Shown here piece by piece: positions 20,593 to 31,426 of a DNA stretch of 64,000 bases. The stretch is from contig CAWBKB010000006.1 in the NCBI GenBank assembly GCA_963789265.1, positions 64,001 to 128,000 on the forward strand, in the 5' to 3' direction. Each line of letters starts with the position of its first letter. Positions within the stretch are counted from its first letter, which is position 1. A program made the position numbers and the translations under genes. The notes beneath the pieces are model-generated. The model was not told the DNA's origin. It ran no database searches and was given only the letters and a program-made list of their open reading frames with translations. This DNA is from an uncultured delta proteobacterium (GTDB lineage Bacteria; Desulfobacterota; Desulfomonilia; Desulfomonilales; Desulfomonilaceae).

Positions 20593-21498
20593 TTACTTGC
20601 CGGTTCGCGGCGCAGCAGGCTGTTTGCGGATTACCGTCACCGGTGCGATGTCCGGCATAGGCTCACCGGCAATGTCGCGTCCTTCCGACTGAAAGGTGAA
20701 GGTGTTTTCATCTACATAAGTGTAGGTGTTGATTGAAGAAGCCTTCTCACCGGTACTCAAGATACTCGATGAATCCACTACCCACGCGTTACCTTTCTTG
20801 GACCAAGTACCTTGGCCAAAACCTCCCTGCGAGTCGAACACCCACGACCTGATAACTTTTGCCACCGGATCCCACCCTATGACTTGAGTGCCCTGGAGAT
20901 CTACCTTGCCTTTGATATAAACGGAGAAAGAACCGGTAATAAAGCTGTTGTTTCTAGCCCACTGGTATACGGTATCCAAGGTCGAGTTTTCGTCTTTGTC
21001 AATCCATTCCCCGATCAGCCACTCAACCCGCTTGAGGTGTTGGTAAGCCACCGAACTTTCTTGCTCTTTGACGCTGGTGAGCTTCCAATCTCCGCCTTTC
21101 TTGATGTAAGCCGCAACATATTGAGTCTCTTCAGGAGCCTGACCAGGGCGGTTGACGGTGGCAATGCCTGTCTCGACCGCACGATCGGGATACGGAAAGC
21201 GTACGGACGACGTAGATACCTGAAGCTGCACGCCTTTGTTTTCGGTAAAGAACCGCTTGAGAGCGGCCTCGATCTTTTTGCGCCCTTTGAATCGATCCCC
21301 CGATGGAGCGACATACTCCCCGTCGTCGGTCCAAAATGAAGCCACTGTCGCCACATCACCGCGATTGAAAGCGCCGACGTACTCCTGGACAGCTTTCTTG
21401 ATCGCTGCATCATCAGACGTTTGCTTTTCCTGAGCTTCAATGGCGACAGCGGCGACGGCCACTACAAGAATAGCTACAATCGTTAACATCTTCTTCAT
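20593..21498 (-). CDS. Secreted NTF2-like (SnoaL/DUF4440, SgcJ/EcaC-type) protein
   Basis: Signal peptide; AFNRGD..FWTDDGEY..GR..I; second domain WLIGEW, IGWDP..IRSWVFDS. Confidence 0.8.
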   Translation of the reverse strand: MKKMLTIVAILVVAVAAVAIEAQEKQTSDDAAIKKAVQEYVGAFNRGDVATVASFWTDDGEYVAPSGDRFKGRKKIEAALKRFFTENKGVQLQVSTSSVRFPYPDRAVETGIATVNRPGQAPEETQYVAAYIKKGGDWKLTSVKEQESSVAYQHLKRVEWLIGEWIDKDENSTLDTVYQWARNNSFITGSFSVYIKGKVDLQGTQVIGWDPVAKVIRSWVFDSQGGFGQGTWSKKGNAWVVDSSSILSTGEKASSINTYTYVDENTFTFQSEGRDIAGEPMPDIAPVTVIRKQPAAPRTGK

Positions 21499-22009
21499 AG
21501 TGCGTTCCCCATAGCATTTCCCAGATTCGTGAGGATAGCCTTCCCCTGCTTACTTTAGACGTCTAGTTTTGAATCTTGATTCGGATTGAGTAGAGATGAA
21601 TGAACACCCCAGAACCAGAGCCTCTCAATCCCGAGTCGGCACTCTAACAAAGAAGAGAGGGCCGAGCCAAACTCGCTGCTCTTTCTCATTTAAACGCTTT
21701 GTGATGCTTAATTACGCTTCAAGCCGACTGCCGTCATGCCATGGCAGGCGCCTCCTTTTGCCTCGGCGCGATCCACGTGCAAAGAAGAGCGGCAAGCATT
21801 CAGTTGCATGTGGGCGTGTCATTACTGCCGCGAAGGGGCAACCCAACGACAGTTCCGCGGGACGCGGGATGTGAACCCACGGAAGAGGCACACCATTGAT
21901 TCCAAAGGACCCTGGGAGGGTTCATTCTATACGGTAAGGCCACCAAAGAGAATCCCTGTCAGACCTGCCTGTTGCGCAGAGGGCACTCCCGTCGAACGGG
22001 AGGCTTGGA

Positions 22010-23164
22010 CTACTTACCCGGAACGAAGTAGAACGCAAGTCCCAAAATCACATACACGGCGAGCAACAGAACTCCCTCAAACCAGTTCGATTCACCATTG
22101 TTCACGATATGGCTGCAAATGCTCACCGAGAGTATCACAGCTAATGACTCTCCTACTGTGAACACCAGATTCATTGGTCCAGGGGCTATCCAATAGCTTA
22201 GCAAAACTAGCAGAGGCGCTACGAAAAGCGCTATCTGCAGACTGCTGCCGATGGCAATGCCAAGACTGAGTTCCGTCCGGTTCTTCATAGCCATGAGCAC
22301 CGCGGAGCTGTGTTCCGCAGCATTCCCCACCATCGCGACCACAATGACTCCGACAAAGATATCTGACATACCGAGAGCTTGTGCCGCCTGGGACACCGAG
22401 CCCACTAAAATTTCGCTCATCCAGGCAATGAGGATCGTAGAGATCAAGAGTACCGTTATGGACGCCGCCAACGTCCAGGGTGGTTCCACAGACTCATCCA
22501 CGGCCGCCCCCGCACCCTTGATTCCCGAGAACAACTCCTTGTGAGTCTTCATCGAGAACAAGAGGCTGAGCAGATAGGTAATGAGCAGAACTACAGAGAT
22601 GACGACACTGAGCTTGTTCACGGTTGCGGTCAAGGTTCCCTGACCGAGATAATGGAACACACCAGGTACGATGAGGGCGATGGAAACTAGGACCAGAGCT
22701 GCAACCCGTGACTGCGCCCCAGCGGCGTTAAACTCCTGGATTTTGTACCGGATTCCCCCTGCAACGAAAGCCAGCCCCAAAACCAGCAGAACGTTTCCTA
22801 TAATGGATCCGGTCAGGGAAGCTTTGACCACGTCGAATAGACCCTGCCTAAGAGCCACAACAGCGATGATTAATTCCGCAGCGTTTCCCAGAGTCGCATT
22901 GAGAAATCCACCGATGTTCTCTCCGGCTCGGTCGGCAACCTGTTCGGTAGCTTTGCCCAACAAGCCCGCAAGTGGAACTATCGCGCCACACGATAAGGCG
23001 AATATCACAGTGTGAGATCGTGGGTGCGCGTGCTCCACATAAAGACAAACCGGAACCAAGATCACCAACCAATGGAGGGAAGGCTTAAATATCTGTCGCA
23101 CGTTCAACCTTCGGGTCCTGCCGGAATTAGCGCAGGCTTTTGCGAGCGTGGCTTTCTTCAGCAA
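22010..23164 (-). CDS. cax: Ca2+/H+ antiporter (CAX family)
   Basis: LNATLGNAAELII, GSIIGN, GNAAEH, GSSLQIALFV. Confidence 0.93.
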   Translation of the reverse strand: MLKKATLAKACANSGRTRRLNVRQIFKPSLHWLVILVPVCLYVEHAHPRSHTVIFALSCGAIVPLAGLLGKATEQVADRAGENIGGFLNATLGNAAELIIAVVALRQGLFDVVKASLTGSIIGNVLLVLGLAFVAGGIRYKIQEFNAAGAQSRVAALVLVSIALIVPGVFHYLGQGTLTATVNKLSVVISVVLLITYLLSLLFSMKTHKELFSGIKGAGAAVDESVEPPWTLAASITVLLISTILIAWMSEILVGSVSQAAQALGMSDIFVGVIVVAMVGNAAEHSSAVLMAMKNRTELSLGIAIGSSLQIALFVAPLLVLLSYWIAPGPMNLVFTVGESLAVILSVSICSHIVNNGESNWFEGVLLLAVYVILGLAFYFVPGK

Positions 23165-23301
23165 TAAATGGTCGCGATTTCACGTGCGTTACGGGAAATC
23201 GTGTGGTCTTCAATGAAAGTCTTTGAACTGCCCAACCCGACTTGAATCATCGCATGGAATTCGTCATTCTCGACAGCTCGGCACAAGATCATGCGGTCCT
23301 G

Positions 23302-24231
23302 CTAGAACCCGGCTTCCTTTGGTGACTTTCCGCAGGCTTCCAGCACAATGCCCCTAAGCTGAATAAGCTGGAGCGTTCCCTCGCCGCCGACTTGATCCCA
23401 GAATTTCGTTCCTACTTTCACCCAATTTTCCGCCGCCTTTATAGCCTTTGCAGGCGCTCCTTTCATTCTAGGCGCGTACTGTTGCTTGACTTGCTCAAGG
23501 GACTTTGCGCGTTCCGGTCCTTTTTGCCGCCTAACAACTTCTTCGCTTGCTTTCATGAACGCAACTACTGCATCACATGGACTGAGTTCTTCCATCCGTT
23601 TTGCACCACCTGGAACAACTTCGGTAGACGTGGCGGCAGGTGCCTTCGGCGGTGGAGCTGTTTCGGTCACACGTTTCTTGTATTCCTGGACCTCTTGGGC
23701 AACCTGGCCCTTTTCGCGTTTTAGAGAAGCGATTTCCTCCTCGGCGGCGCTATTCTTCTTTTTAAGCTCACTGTTTTCGGTCGAAATAGCTGCTTTAGCT
23801 TTGTTCAATGCATCCAGATCTCGCTGTAGCCGCGTATTCTTGTCCGAGAGAGCTTTTGATTCATCACTTAGGCGACTCGTTTCCTGTTTCAAACGGGCGG
23901 TCTCGTCAGTCAATCTCTTAACTTCGGAGTTTAGCTTTTCAATTTGCTGCTTTGCGCTCGCTAATTCCTTTTTCTGCCTGCCGCATCCTGAAACCATAGG
24001 CAACAAAACGCTCACAATCAAGGCCCAGCAAAAGACGGCATGAGGTGTCGGCAGACCCTGGGCGCGACTCCTCAAGCTCCTGTAGGTAGTTTCAGAAATT
24101 ATGTGACGGAGCACTGCCAACATCCGTCCCACCGGCCGGGTTGAATCGAAAATATTCACGATGGCCCTCCTATCGCAGAGTTCGAAAGTGACAAACCTCC
24201 TCGAATCCAGCATAACTCCCGTGTCCAGCAC
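23302..24231 (-). CDS. Putative coiled-coil lipoprotein (true start probably downstream)
   Basis: Hydrophobic stretch plus VSGC lipobox, then a long heptad-rich segment. Confidence 0.7.
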   Translation of the reverse strand: MLDTGVMLDSRRFVTFELCDRRAIVNIFDSTRPVGRMLAVLRHIISETTYRSLRSRAQGLPTPHAVFCWALIVSVLLPMVSGCGRQKKELASAKQQIEKLNSEVKRLTDETARLKQETSRLSDESKALSDKNTRLQRDLDALNKAKAAISTENSELKKKNSAAEEEIASLKREKGQVAQEVQEYKKRVTETAPPPKAPAATSTEVVPGGAKRMEELSPCDAVVAFMKASEEVVRRQKGPERAKSLEQVKQQYAPRMKGAPAKAIKAAENWVKVGTKFWDQVGGEGTLQLIQLRGIVLEACGKSPKEAGF

Positions 24232-24517
24232 TCTGGTCTAGCCTCCACAAACCCACTGAACAGGTGTCCACTATTTGCCATCCTGTTGTCCATTTAAACG
24301 ATTCTGTGGTACGTTCGGGTCTCATCGTCTAGAGCTTACTATACTCGCGCGAACACAGTCTGTCGACGTAGAATTCGGCAGCCTGTCGGACTATCCGTTC
24401 AAGCGCGTTTGTTTTGGGGATCTTCGGCATTGACCTATAATAAGGATCTTTTGCATTAACCCGGGACTTGTGCAGCCCACACTAAATGGTCTAAACCGGC
24501 CGAAATCAGGAGTCTGG

Positions 24518-25704
24518 ATGATGACCGCCATACGATTATCAGCAGTTTTGATCTTTGTCGCCTTGGCTTCTGTGGGCATTCTAGGTTGCAGCGAAAACGT
24601 TCAACTGGCTGTGCCTCCTCCAGCCGAGGTCATCGTCAGCCATCCATTGAAAAAGAAAGTCACTCAGTACCTCGAGTTTACAGGGACTACGGCCGCATTG
24701 GAATTCGTCGAGATCAGAGCCAGGGTCGAGGGATGGTTGGAGAGCCTTCATTTTCTACCGGGATACTCGAGTCAAGAAAGGAGATCTGCTCTTCGTCATA
24801 GATCCAAGGCCGTTCCAGGCTATAGTTGATCAGTACCGAGGCTGCCCTGAAAGGCAAGCAGGCCGATCTGCAGCTCAAGCAGGCGAATCTCAAGCGCGCC
24901 AAGCAGCTTCTTTCGACGGCGGCCATTAGTCAGCTCCAATACGATGTCCAAAAGGCCGAGGAAGCTGTGGCAGTTGCCCAGGTCGGAATAGCGGTAGCTG
25001 ATCTGAAAAAATCCAAGCTCGATCTCGCTTACACTCAGGTAACCGCTCCTATCTACGGCCGTGTCAGCCGCAATTATGTGGACACAGGAAACCTTGTGGG
25101 AGCCAAAGACAAGACGCTGCTAACGGAGATTGTCAACGATACTTCGGTATATGTCTATTTCGACGTAAGTGAACGAGATCTGCTCATGCTTCTCAGAATG
25201 TGGCCGAACCTTGAGACAGAAAAGCCGTCAGATCGAGCAAAGCCGTCTGCTTATCTCCAGTTGGCGGATGAAACCGGCTACCCGCATGAAGGCAACGTAG
25301 ATTTTGTGGAATCGCGGGTTGATCCAAGCACGGGCACTCTGAGGGTCCGCGCAATCTTTTCGAACGACGATAGTCTACTTGTTTCCGGGCTCTTCAGCCG
25401 CGTTCGAGTTCCCATTGAGCAAAAAGAAGCGCTCCTCGTTCCGGAGCTCGCTGTGGGTATTAGCCAAGCTGGAAGATATGTTCTTGTGGTAAACAAGGAC
25501 CAGATAGTAGAGCAGCGGCTGGTCAAGACCGGTCAGCTTGAGGGAACTCTTCGGGTTATCGAAGAGGGCCTTGCCAAAGATGATCGGGTGATAGTTAACG
25601 GCATCCAGCGTGCAAGACCAGGAACGCGAGTCAGCCCCAAGGAATCGACCATCTCGGCAACTCCTCAGGCCTCCGAAAAGGCGGGTCCAACTTCCAAAAA
25701 GTAG
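24518..25704 (+). CDS. RND membrane fusion lipoprotein, two +1 frameshifts (~24763, ~24837)
   Basis: ILGC lipobox, VEIRARVEG, VKKGDLLFVIDPRPF in the middle frame, VTAPIYG. Confidence 0.9.
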
Positions 25705-25716
25705 TGGAGGTCCACA

Positions 25717-28700
25717 ATGCTGAGTCGCTTTTTCATTGAAAGGCCCATTCTTGCCTCAGTGGTATCCATTATAATTGTGTTTGCGGGTGCCGTCTCGATT
25801 TTCAGCCTTCCCATTGCTCAATATCCTGAAATTGTCCCGCCAGTTGTTCAGGTGACGGCTTCCTATCCAGGCGCTGACCCGCGGGTGATCGCAGAGACAG
25901 TCGCCGCTCCAATTGAACAGCAAGTCAACGGCGTCGAAAACATGCTTTACATGTCGAGTCAGAGTGCTGCTGACGGATCCTATACGCTCAATGTGACATT
26001 CGAGCTTGGAACTAACATCGACATGGACACGGTGCTGACGCAGAACCGTGTCTCCGCTGCACTGGCCCAATTACCCGAAGATGTTCAGCGACAAGGGGTG
26101 ACAACGAAAAAGGTTTCTAGTGCTCTTGTTATGGTTGTGAGCGTGTTCTCTCCCGATAATCGGTATGACGACCTCTTCGTGACTAACTACGCTACGATAA
26201 ACATGAAAGATACGTTGAGTCGCATACCGGGCGTCGGGAACATAGTCTTGTATCCGAACAAGGATTACTCCATGCGGGTGTGGCTGGACGCGGACAAGCT
26301 GCGGGCCAGAGACCTTACCGTTGATGATGTGGTGGGCGCACTTCGCACGCAGAACGTTCAGGTGGCTTCAGGGCAGCTCGGTCAGCCTCCAGTCCCAAAA
26401 GATCAGGTCTATCAGCTAAATCTGAATACCATGGGTAGGCTTGCAAATGTAGAGCAGTTTGAAGATGTTATTCTCAAGACCGGCGAAGGCACGCGGGCCA
26501 TTCGTGTCAAAGATGTGGGGAAAGTCGATTTGGGTGGTAAAGGGTACGACTTCTTGTCGCTATTCAACGGCCGACCCGCAGCCACCATGGTGATCTATCA
26601 ATCTCCGGGTTCCAATGCTATTGAGGTGACCAATCAATTGATCAGGACCCTTGACGAGCTCAAGAAGAGTTTTCCTCAAGGTATAGAATACCGGGTCCTG
26701 TACAAAATATCCGATTTTGTAAACGCTTCTATTCATGAAGTCATTAAGACTCTGTTCGAGGCCTTCGTGCTAGTAGTGATCGTCGTTTTCATCTTTCTTC
26801 AGAGTTGGCGGACGACACTTATTCCCATGATTACGATTCCCGTATCCCTTATCGGTACGTTTGCAGTAATGGCTTTGTTGGGGTTCTCAATAAATATGGT
26901 AACCCTCTTCGGGCTTGTCCTAGCCATAGGATTGGTCGTGGACGATGCAATCGTGGTAGTGGAAAACGTTGAACGCAACATGGCTGAGTTCGGCATTGGT
27001 CCGAAAGAAGCTGCCATTAAATCGATGGAGGAAGTGAGCGGAGCAATCATCGGAATTACGCTGGTACTTATGGCGGTGTTTGTGCCACCGGCGTTCCTGG
27101 GCGGCATTACGGGTCAACTATTCAGGCAATTCTCACTTACCATCGCCATTACAATGCTATTCAGCGCGATTAATGCTCTTACTTTAAGTCCAGCGCTCTG
27201 TGCCCTGATTCTGCGACCCGGCGGACATGGATCTCAGAATGCTTTTTTCAGGCTTTTTAACAATGCCTTCAACCGAACTACGGATTGGTATGCCCGAATT
27301 GTGTCCCTGGGCGTGCGACGGATCGCCCTCATGATGATTTTGTTTCTTGGGCTGGTTCTGCTTACAGGTGTCATTTACGAGAGAGTTCCTAAAGGATTTC
27401 TCCCATTGGAAGATGACGGATTGATACTAGCGAATGTGCAGATGCCGGATGGTGCGACCTTGGACCGAACCAACAATACTGTGGAACAGGCAGGTAAATA
27501 TATTGACGAAACGGAAGGAGTGGCCTCCTGGGGCGCACTAGTAGGCTATTCGATGATCGATGCCGCACGATCCAATCTGGCGACGATTTTTATTCCGCTC
27601 AAACCGTGGGAAGAAAGGCTTGCGAAAGGTCGGAGCAGGCAAGCAATCATGAAGGAACTTTCAGACAAATTCCGGAAGATATACGATGGGATTGTTTTTA
27701 CCTATACCTTGCCGCCTGTCATCGGATTGGGCACGGGGGGAGGGTTCGAAATGCAACTCCTTGACAAAGGAGATCTCGGTTTTCAGTCCCTCGAGCAATC
27801 CGGCACCGAATTGGCTGCAGATGCGAACCAGCAGCCGGACCTGAAATCGGTTTTGGCCACTTTCCGATCTACATATCCGGACGTCTACATCGATATTGAT
27901 CGTACGAAGGCCTTGGCGCTGAAGATACCTCTGCAGAGCGTGTTCAACACATTGCAAACATATTGCGGTTCTACATACGTAAATGATTTCAATAAATTCA
28001 GCAGGACCTGGCAAGTGAGAGTCCAGGGAGAAAGCATGTTCCGTCGGAAACCGGAGGATATATCGCAACTGTTCGTGAGAAGTAACAATGGCAAAATGAT
28101 ACCCTTGGGGACCTTAGTTAACGCTCGATACGAAGTGGGCCCAATGCGTGTGGATAGGTACAACCTTTTTCCTACCGCGAAAATTCTGGGTGAAAATGCC
28201 CAGGGATACAGTTCCGGCCAAGCGCTCCAAACAATGGAAACGCTGGCGGAAAAGACCCTGCCGCCCGGAATGGCATTCGAATGGACGAACATGGCTTACC
28301 AGGAAAAAAAGGCGGCAGGTAAAGCAACCATAACATTTACCGCAGCAATTTTAGTGGTTATCCTGATCCTGGCTGGCTTGTACGAAAGCTGGGCCGATCC
28401 CATTGCCGTCGTTTTAGTTGTTCCCCTAGCAGTCCTGGGAGCTGCAGCCGGCCTTCTCATTGGCGGCATGGACAATAATGTATATACACAGGTGGGTTTG
28501 GTGCTCCTGGTGGGGTTATCCGCAAAAAACGCCATTCTGATTGTTGAGTTCGCGCGGGAAGCCCGTGCCAGGGGGCAAGGTGTTCTCGAAGCTGCTACGG
28601 AGGCATCGAAACTTCGCTTCCGGCCCATTCTTATGACTTCGCTCGCGTTCATCTTGGGCGTTCTTCCTCTCGTGACAGCATCGGGGGCTGGGGCTGTCAG

Positions 28701-28848
28701 TCGTCGGTCCGTAGGAATGGCGGTCTTCGCGGGGATGATCGGGGTAACCGCCTTGGGAGTTTTCTTCACGCCTGCTCTGTATGTCCTCATGCGAAAGCGC
28801 TGGAAGAAAGGCGGTAAATCTTCGGACACTGTCGCATCCAAATCCTAA
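25717..28848 (+). CDS. HAE1-family RND efflux transporter
   Basis: Intact 1043 aa ORF with canonical AcrB-family motifs. Confidence 0.96.
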   Translation: MLSRFFIERPILASVVSIIIVFAGAVSIFSLPIAQYPEIVPPVVQVTASYPGADPRVIAETVAAPIEQQVNGVENMLYMSSQSAADGSYTLNVTFELGTNIDMDTVLTQNRVSAALAQLPEDVQRQGVTTKKVSSALVMVVSVFSPDNRYDDLFVTNYATINMKDTLSRIPGVGNIVLYPNKDYSMRVWLDADKLRARDLTVDDVVGALRTQNVQVASGQLGQPPVPKDQVYQLNLNTMGRLANVEQFEDVILKTGEGTRAIRVKDVGKVDLGGKGYDFLSLFNGRPAATMVIYQSPGSNAIEVTNQLIRTLDELKKSFPQGIEYRVLYKISDFVNASIHEVIKTLFEAFVLVVIVVFIFLQSWRTTLIPMITIPVSLIGTFAVMALLGFSINMVTLFGLVLAIGLVVDDAIVVVENVERNMAEFGIGPKEAAIKSMEEVSGAIIGITLVLMAVFVPPAFLGGITGQLFRQFSLTIAITMLFSAINALTLSPALCALILRPGGHGSQNAFFRLFNNAFNRTTDWYARIVSLGVRRIALMMILFLGLVLLTGVIYERVPKGFLPLEDDGLILANVQMPDGATLDRTNNTVEQAGKYIDETEGVASWGALVGYSMIDAARSNLATIFIPLKPWEERLAKGRSRQAIMKELSDKFRKIYDGIVFTYTLPPVIGLGTGGGFEMQLLDKGDLGFQSLEQSGTELAADANQQPDLKSVLATFRSTYPDVYIDIDRTKALALKIPLQSVFNTLQTYCGSTYVNDFNKFSRTWQVRVQGESMFRRKPEDISQLFVRSNNGKMIPLGTLVNARYEVGPMRVDRYNLFPTAKILGENAQGYSSGQALQTMETLAEKTLPPGMAFEWTNMAYQEKKAAGKATITFTAAILVVILILAGLYESWADPIAVVLVVPLAVLGAAAGLLIGGMDNNVYTQVGLVLLVGLSAKNAILIVEFAREARARGQGVLEAATEASKLRFRPILMTSLAFILGVLPLVTASGAGAVSRRSVGMAVFAGMIGVTALGVFFTPALYVLMRKRWKKGGKSSDTVASKS

Positions 28849-29046
28849 CGCCAGGACTGTTCTGTAATGGACGTCTCTCCGATTCGTTTCCCGTGAGAAA
28901 GGGCTGAGGTGCAGTAATCCGGGATTTCTCGGGTGCTCGAGAGACCGGTCCGTAGAAGAAGATTTGCAGAGCGGCGAAAATGATAATTGGATAATTAATC
29001 ATGCGGTTGGGTTGACCATCTGCAAACGGTCGGGGGCAACAAAGCT

Positions 29047-29757
29047 CTAGGCCGAATTATCTAAAGGGCTCTTACACTTTGCCTCGGAGGCGCTAACGCT
29101 AATCCGGCGACCGATATAAACGCTCAAAAGGTAGGCCACCACAAGCCATCCGTAAAACTGACCCGTAATCGCTTCAGTAATGGCCAGCCGTTGGGCGAAC
29201 TCTGTCTTTGGTGTGATATCCCCATATCCCAGGGTGGCCAGAGTGACAAAACTAAAATATACGAAATGTGATGCCGACTCTCCGCCTGGAACCCGCAAGG
29301 CGAAAGATTCCGGACTGAACCAGTCGAGTATCGTGTAAATATGCGCGCAAAACATCCCAAGGATTATATAAAAGCTCACGGCTGAAATGATTAGTTGATG
29401 TGTGACATCCCGAGCCTTTAACATGGCCGAGAGTATCAAGGCGCCGCAGCATACGTATAAGACAATGATGAAGATCAGGACGAGTAGGCCGATTCGAATG
29501 CGTAAGGGCCCGATCATGGCTCCGGGAAGAAGCTTTGCCAAGACTATCGCCAGCACCACAACCGATGAGGACACAGCGATGACTTTTCGGGCAAGGCTTT
29601 CTCTGTCACTGAGAAGCCAGCCCCCGGCCACACCGATTGCCGCGAAAGACAGACTGGTAAGGGGTCCAGGTATCAGCGGGCCTAGAAGCAGAAGCCCGAG
29701 GAACATTACGAGTACCAAGATAGCTCTTTCGTGAAGAACTCGCTGACGAAGGCTCAC
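29047..29757 (-). CDS. Ion-channel (Ion_trans_2) family membrane protein
   Basis: YFSFVTLATLGYGDITP pore signature. Confidence 0.88.
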   Translation of the reverse strand: MSLRQRVLHERAILVLVMFLGLLLLGPLIPGPLTSLSFAAIGVAGGWLLSDRESLARKVIAVSSSVVVLAIVLAKLLPGAMIGPLRIRIGLLVLIFIIVLYVCCGALILSAMLKARDVTHQLIISAVSFYIILGMFCAHIYTILDWFSPESFALRVPGGESASHFVYFSFVTLATLGYGDITPKTEFAQRLAITEAITGQFYGWLVVAYLLSVYIGRRISVSASEAKCKSPLDNSA

Positions 29758-29894
29758 AGCTCAGGTTCCCTTTCACAATAAAGAACTTCAGTTGCCCATA
29801 TCATATTTCTGGAAAAACTGGTAATACCAAAACCCCTTCATAAAAGTAATTCTAGTAAGCCGTTTGTGGCAGTTCACCCCATGTGTCACCACGG

Positions 29895-31139
29895 TCAACC
29901 CAATTCCTTCATACAATCGAGGATAATTCTTGCCGCGCTGGGCCTCTCCTCGGGCAGGGCCAGCGTATCGCGTATCGCTTGAAATCCTCTTGCCATGAAA
30001 TTGCGAAGAGGTTCTTCAGTCCTGAAACGCATCAGCCAAGTCGCGAGATTCTCAGCCGTCACATTGTCCTGCAGCAACTCAGGGACGAAGAGCGGACGGC
30101 CGCATTGCTGGCACGTGATCCCCAAGCTGCCCGGGGTTGCTTCTTTGAGCGGGCCTTTCCCTTGCTTTTCCAAATTGATGGCCAGCACATTGGCAATGGC
30201 TACGTGAATGTCCTTGTCCATCACAAGCGGCTTCAAAACCTTGATCGCAAGTAACCACGTGAACAAGTCCAGCTTGTAGACCACGGCATGGGGCATGCCT
30301 GCGAGCGCGGCCTGAAGAGTCGCGGTCCCGGATGTCACGAGTCCGCTGTCGCACGCAGCCATGATTTGCGCTGAGTCCGAGGACTGAATCATTACAGGAG
30401 TTCTATGCTCCAATACAATTTCGGTCACCAGAGGCCGGAGGTGCTCACCGGCAAGCGGAAGCACGAACTGTGTTTCCGGGTAATGCGCGATATGGATTCC
30501 AGCGGCTTCGCACATCACCGGCAACATGCGGCGAATTTCTGCGGGACGGCTGCCGGGAAGCAGCGCCACAGCGTACGTGGTCGGCGCCATGCCGAGATCA
30601 CGTCGGATGAGATGCCTGTCAGAATGCTCAGGGATATCCTGAACCATGGTATGCCCGACAAAATCGGCCTTGACACCTGCTTCCCTGTAAAGCGTCTCCT
30701 CAAAGGGGAAAATGGTCATCATTCTGTCGACTCGTGCCGCTATCTTACGGATTCTCCCGCGTCTCCACGCCCACACTTGAGGACTGATGTAATAGCATAC
30801 CGGCACCTTAGCGCCGCGGGCTATTCTGCAAAGCCTCAAGTTCACATCGGGAAAATCGACCGGGACAAAAACCGTGTGCCGCCCGCTTCGCAATTCGCTC
30901 TTCATCCTCCGGTACGCTGAGATGATATTGCGGACTTTGCCCAGACCTTCACTGAGTCCAATGGTATTTATCTCACTGTAATGATGGAAAAGCTTCATGC
31001 CCGCCGCGGCAAGCTTGTCCCCGCCAATGCCTGAAACACTGATTTCGGGGCAAAGCTGCCTTAGATCGCTCACCAGGGCCGCGGCGTGGTGATCGCCGGA
31101 GGCCTCGCCTGCAAGAAGAAGAATTGAGTAATCTGCCAT
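29895..31139 (-). CDS. lpxB: Lipid-A-disaccharide synthase
   Basis: AGEASGD, YYISPQVWAWR, LLPGSR, SGTATL, VPELLQ. Confidence 0.93.
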   Translation of the reverse strand: MADYSILLLAGEASGDHHAAALVSDLRQLCPEISVSGIGGDKLAAAGMKLFHHYSEINTIGLSEGLGKVRNIISAYRRMKSELRSGRHTVFVPVDFPDVNLRLCRIARGAKVPVCYYISPQVWAWRRGRIRKIAARVDRMMTIFPFEETLYREAGVKADFVGHTMVQDIPEHSDRHLIRRDLGMAPTTYAVALLPGSRPAEIRRMLPVMCEAAGIHIAHYPETQFVLPLAGEHLRPLVTEIVLEHRTPVMIQSSDSAQIMAACDSGLVTSGTATLQAALAGMPHAVVYKLDLFTWLLAIKVLKPLVMDKDIHVAIANVLAINLEKQGKGPLKEATPGSLGITCQQCGRPLFVPELLQDNVTAENLATWLMRFRTEEPLRNFMARGFQAIRDTLALPEERPSAARIILDCMKELG

Positions 31140-31426
31140 TATCGTTGTTTGCGCGCCCGCGGGGGGAGGCAGCAGCATCAACTTTCTTTCTTAAGACTTT
31201 GAATCATGAACTCTTCTTAGCCTCTGCTGCCTGCATCTCATCGTATGATTGAACTATGTAGTTTCTCAAATGTCTTTTTGTCTTGACAAGAGAAAAGCAT
31301 GTGATATGGATTCCAACCTGAAAATCTGATCGTTTTCTTCAAAAATTCCACCTGGATGACGTTGGAGACTCTCGCATGTCAAGTCTGCGTCCGATCTAGG
31401 GGCCAAACAAAGCTGGGAGCCTGAAC

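Noticed and set aside
21500..22000. Small ORFs or ncRNA in the intergenic region
   Set aside because: No RBS or recognisable motif; only a hairpin near 21986-22002 and a mini-repeat
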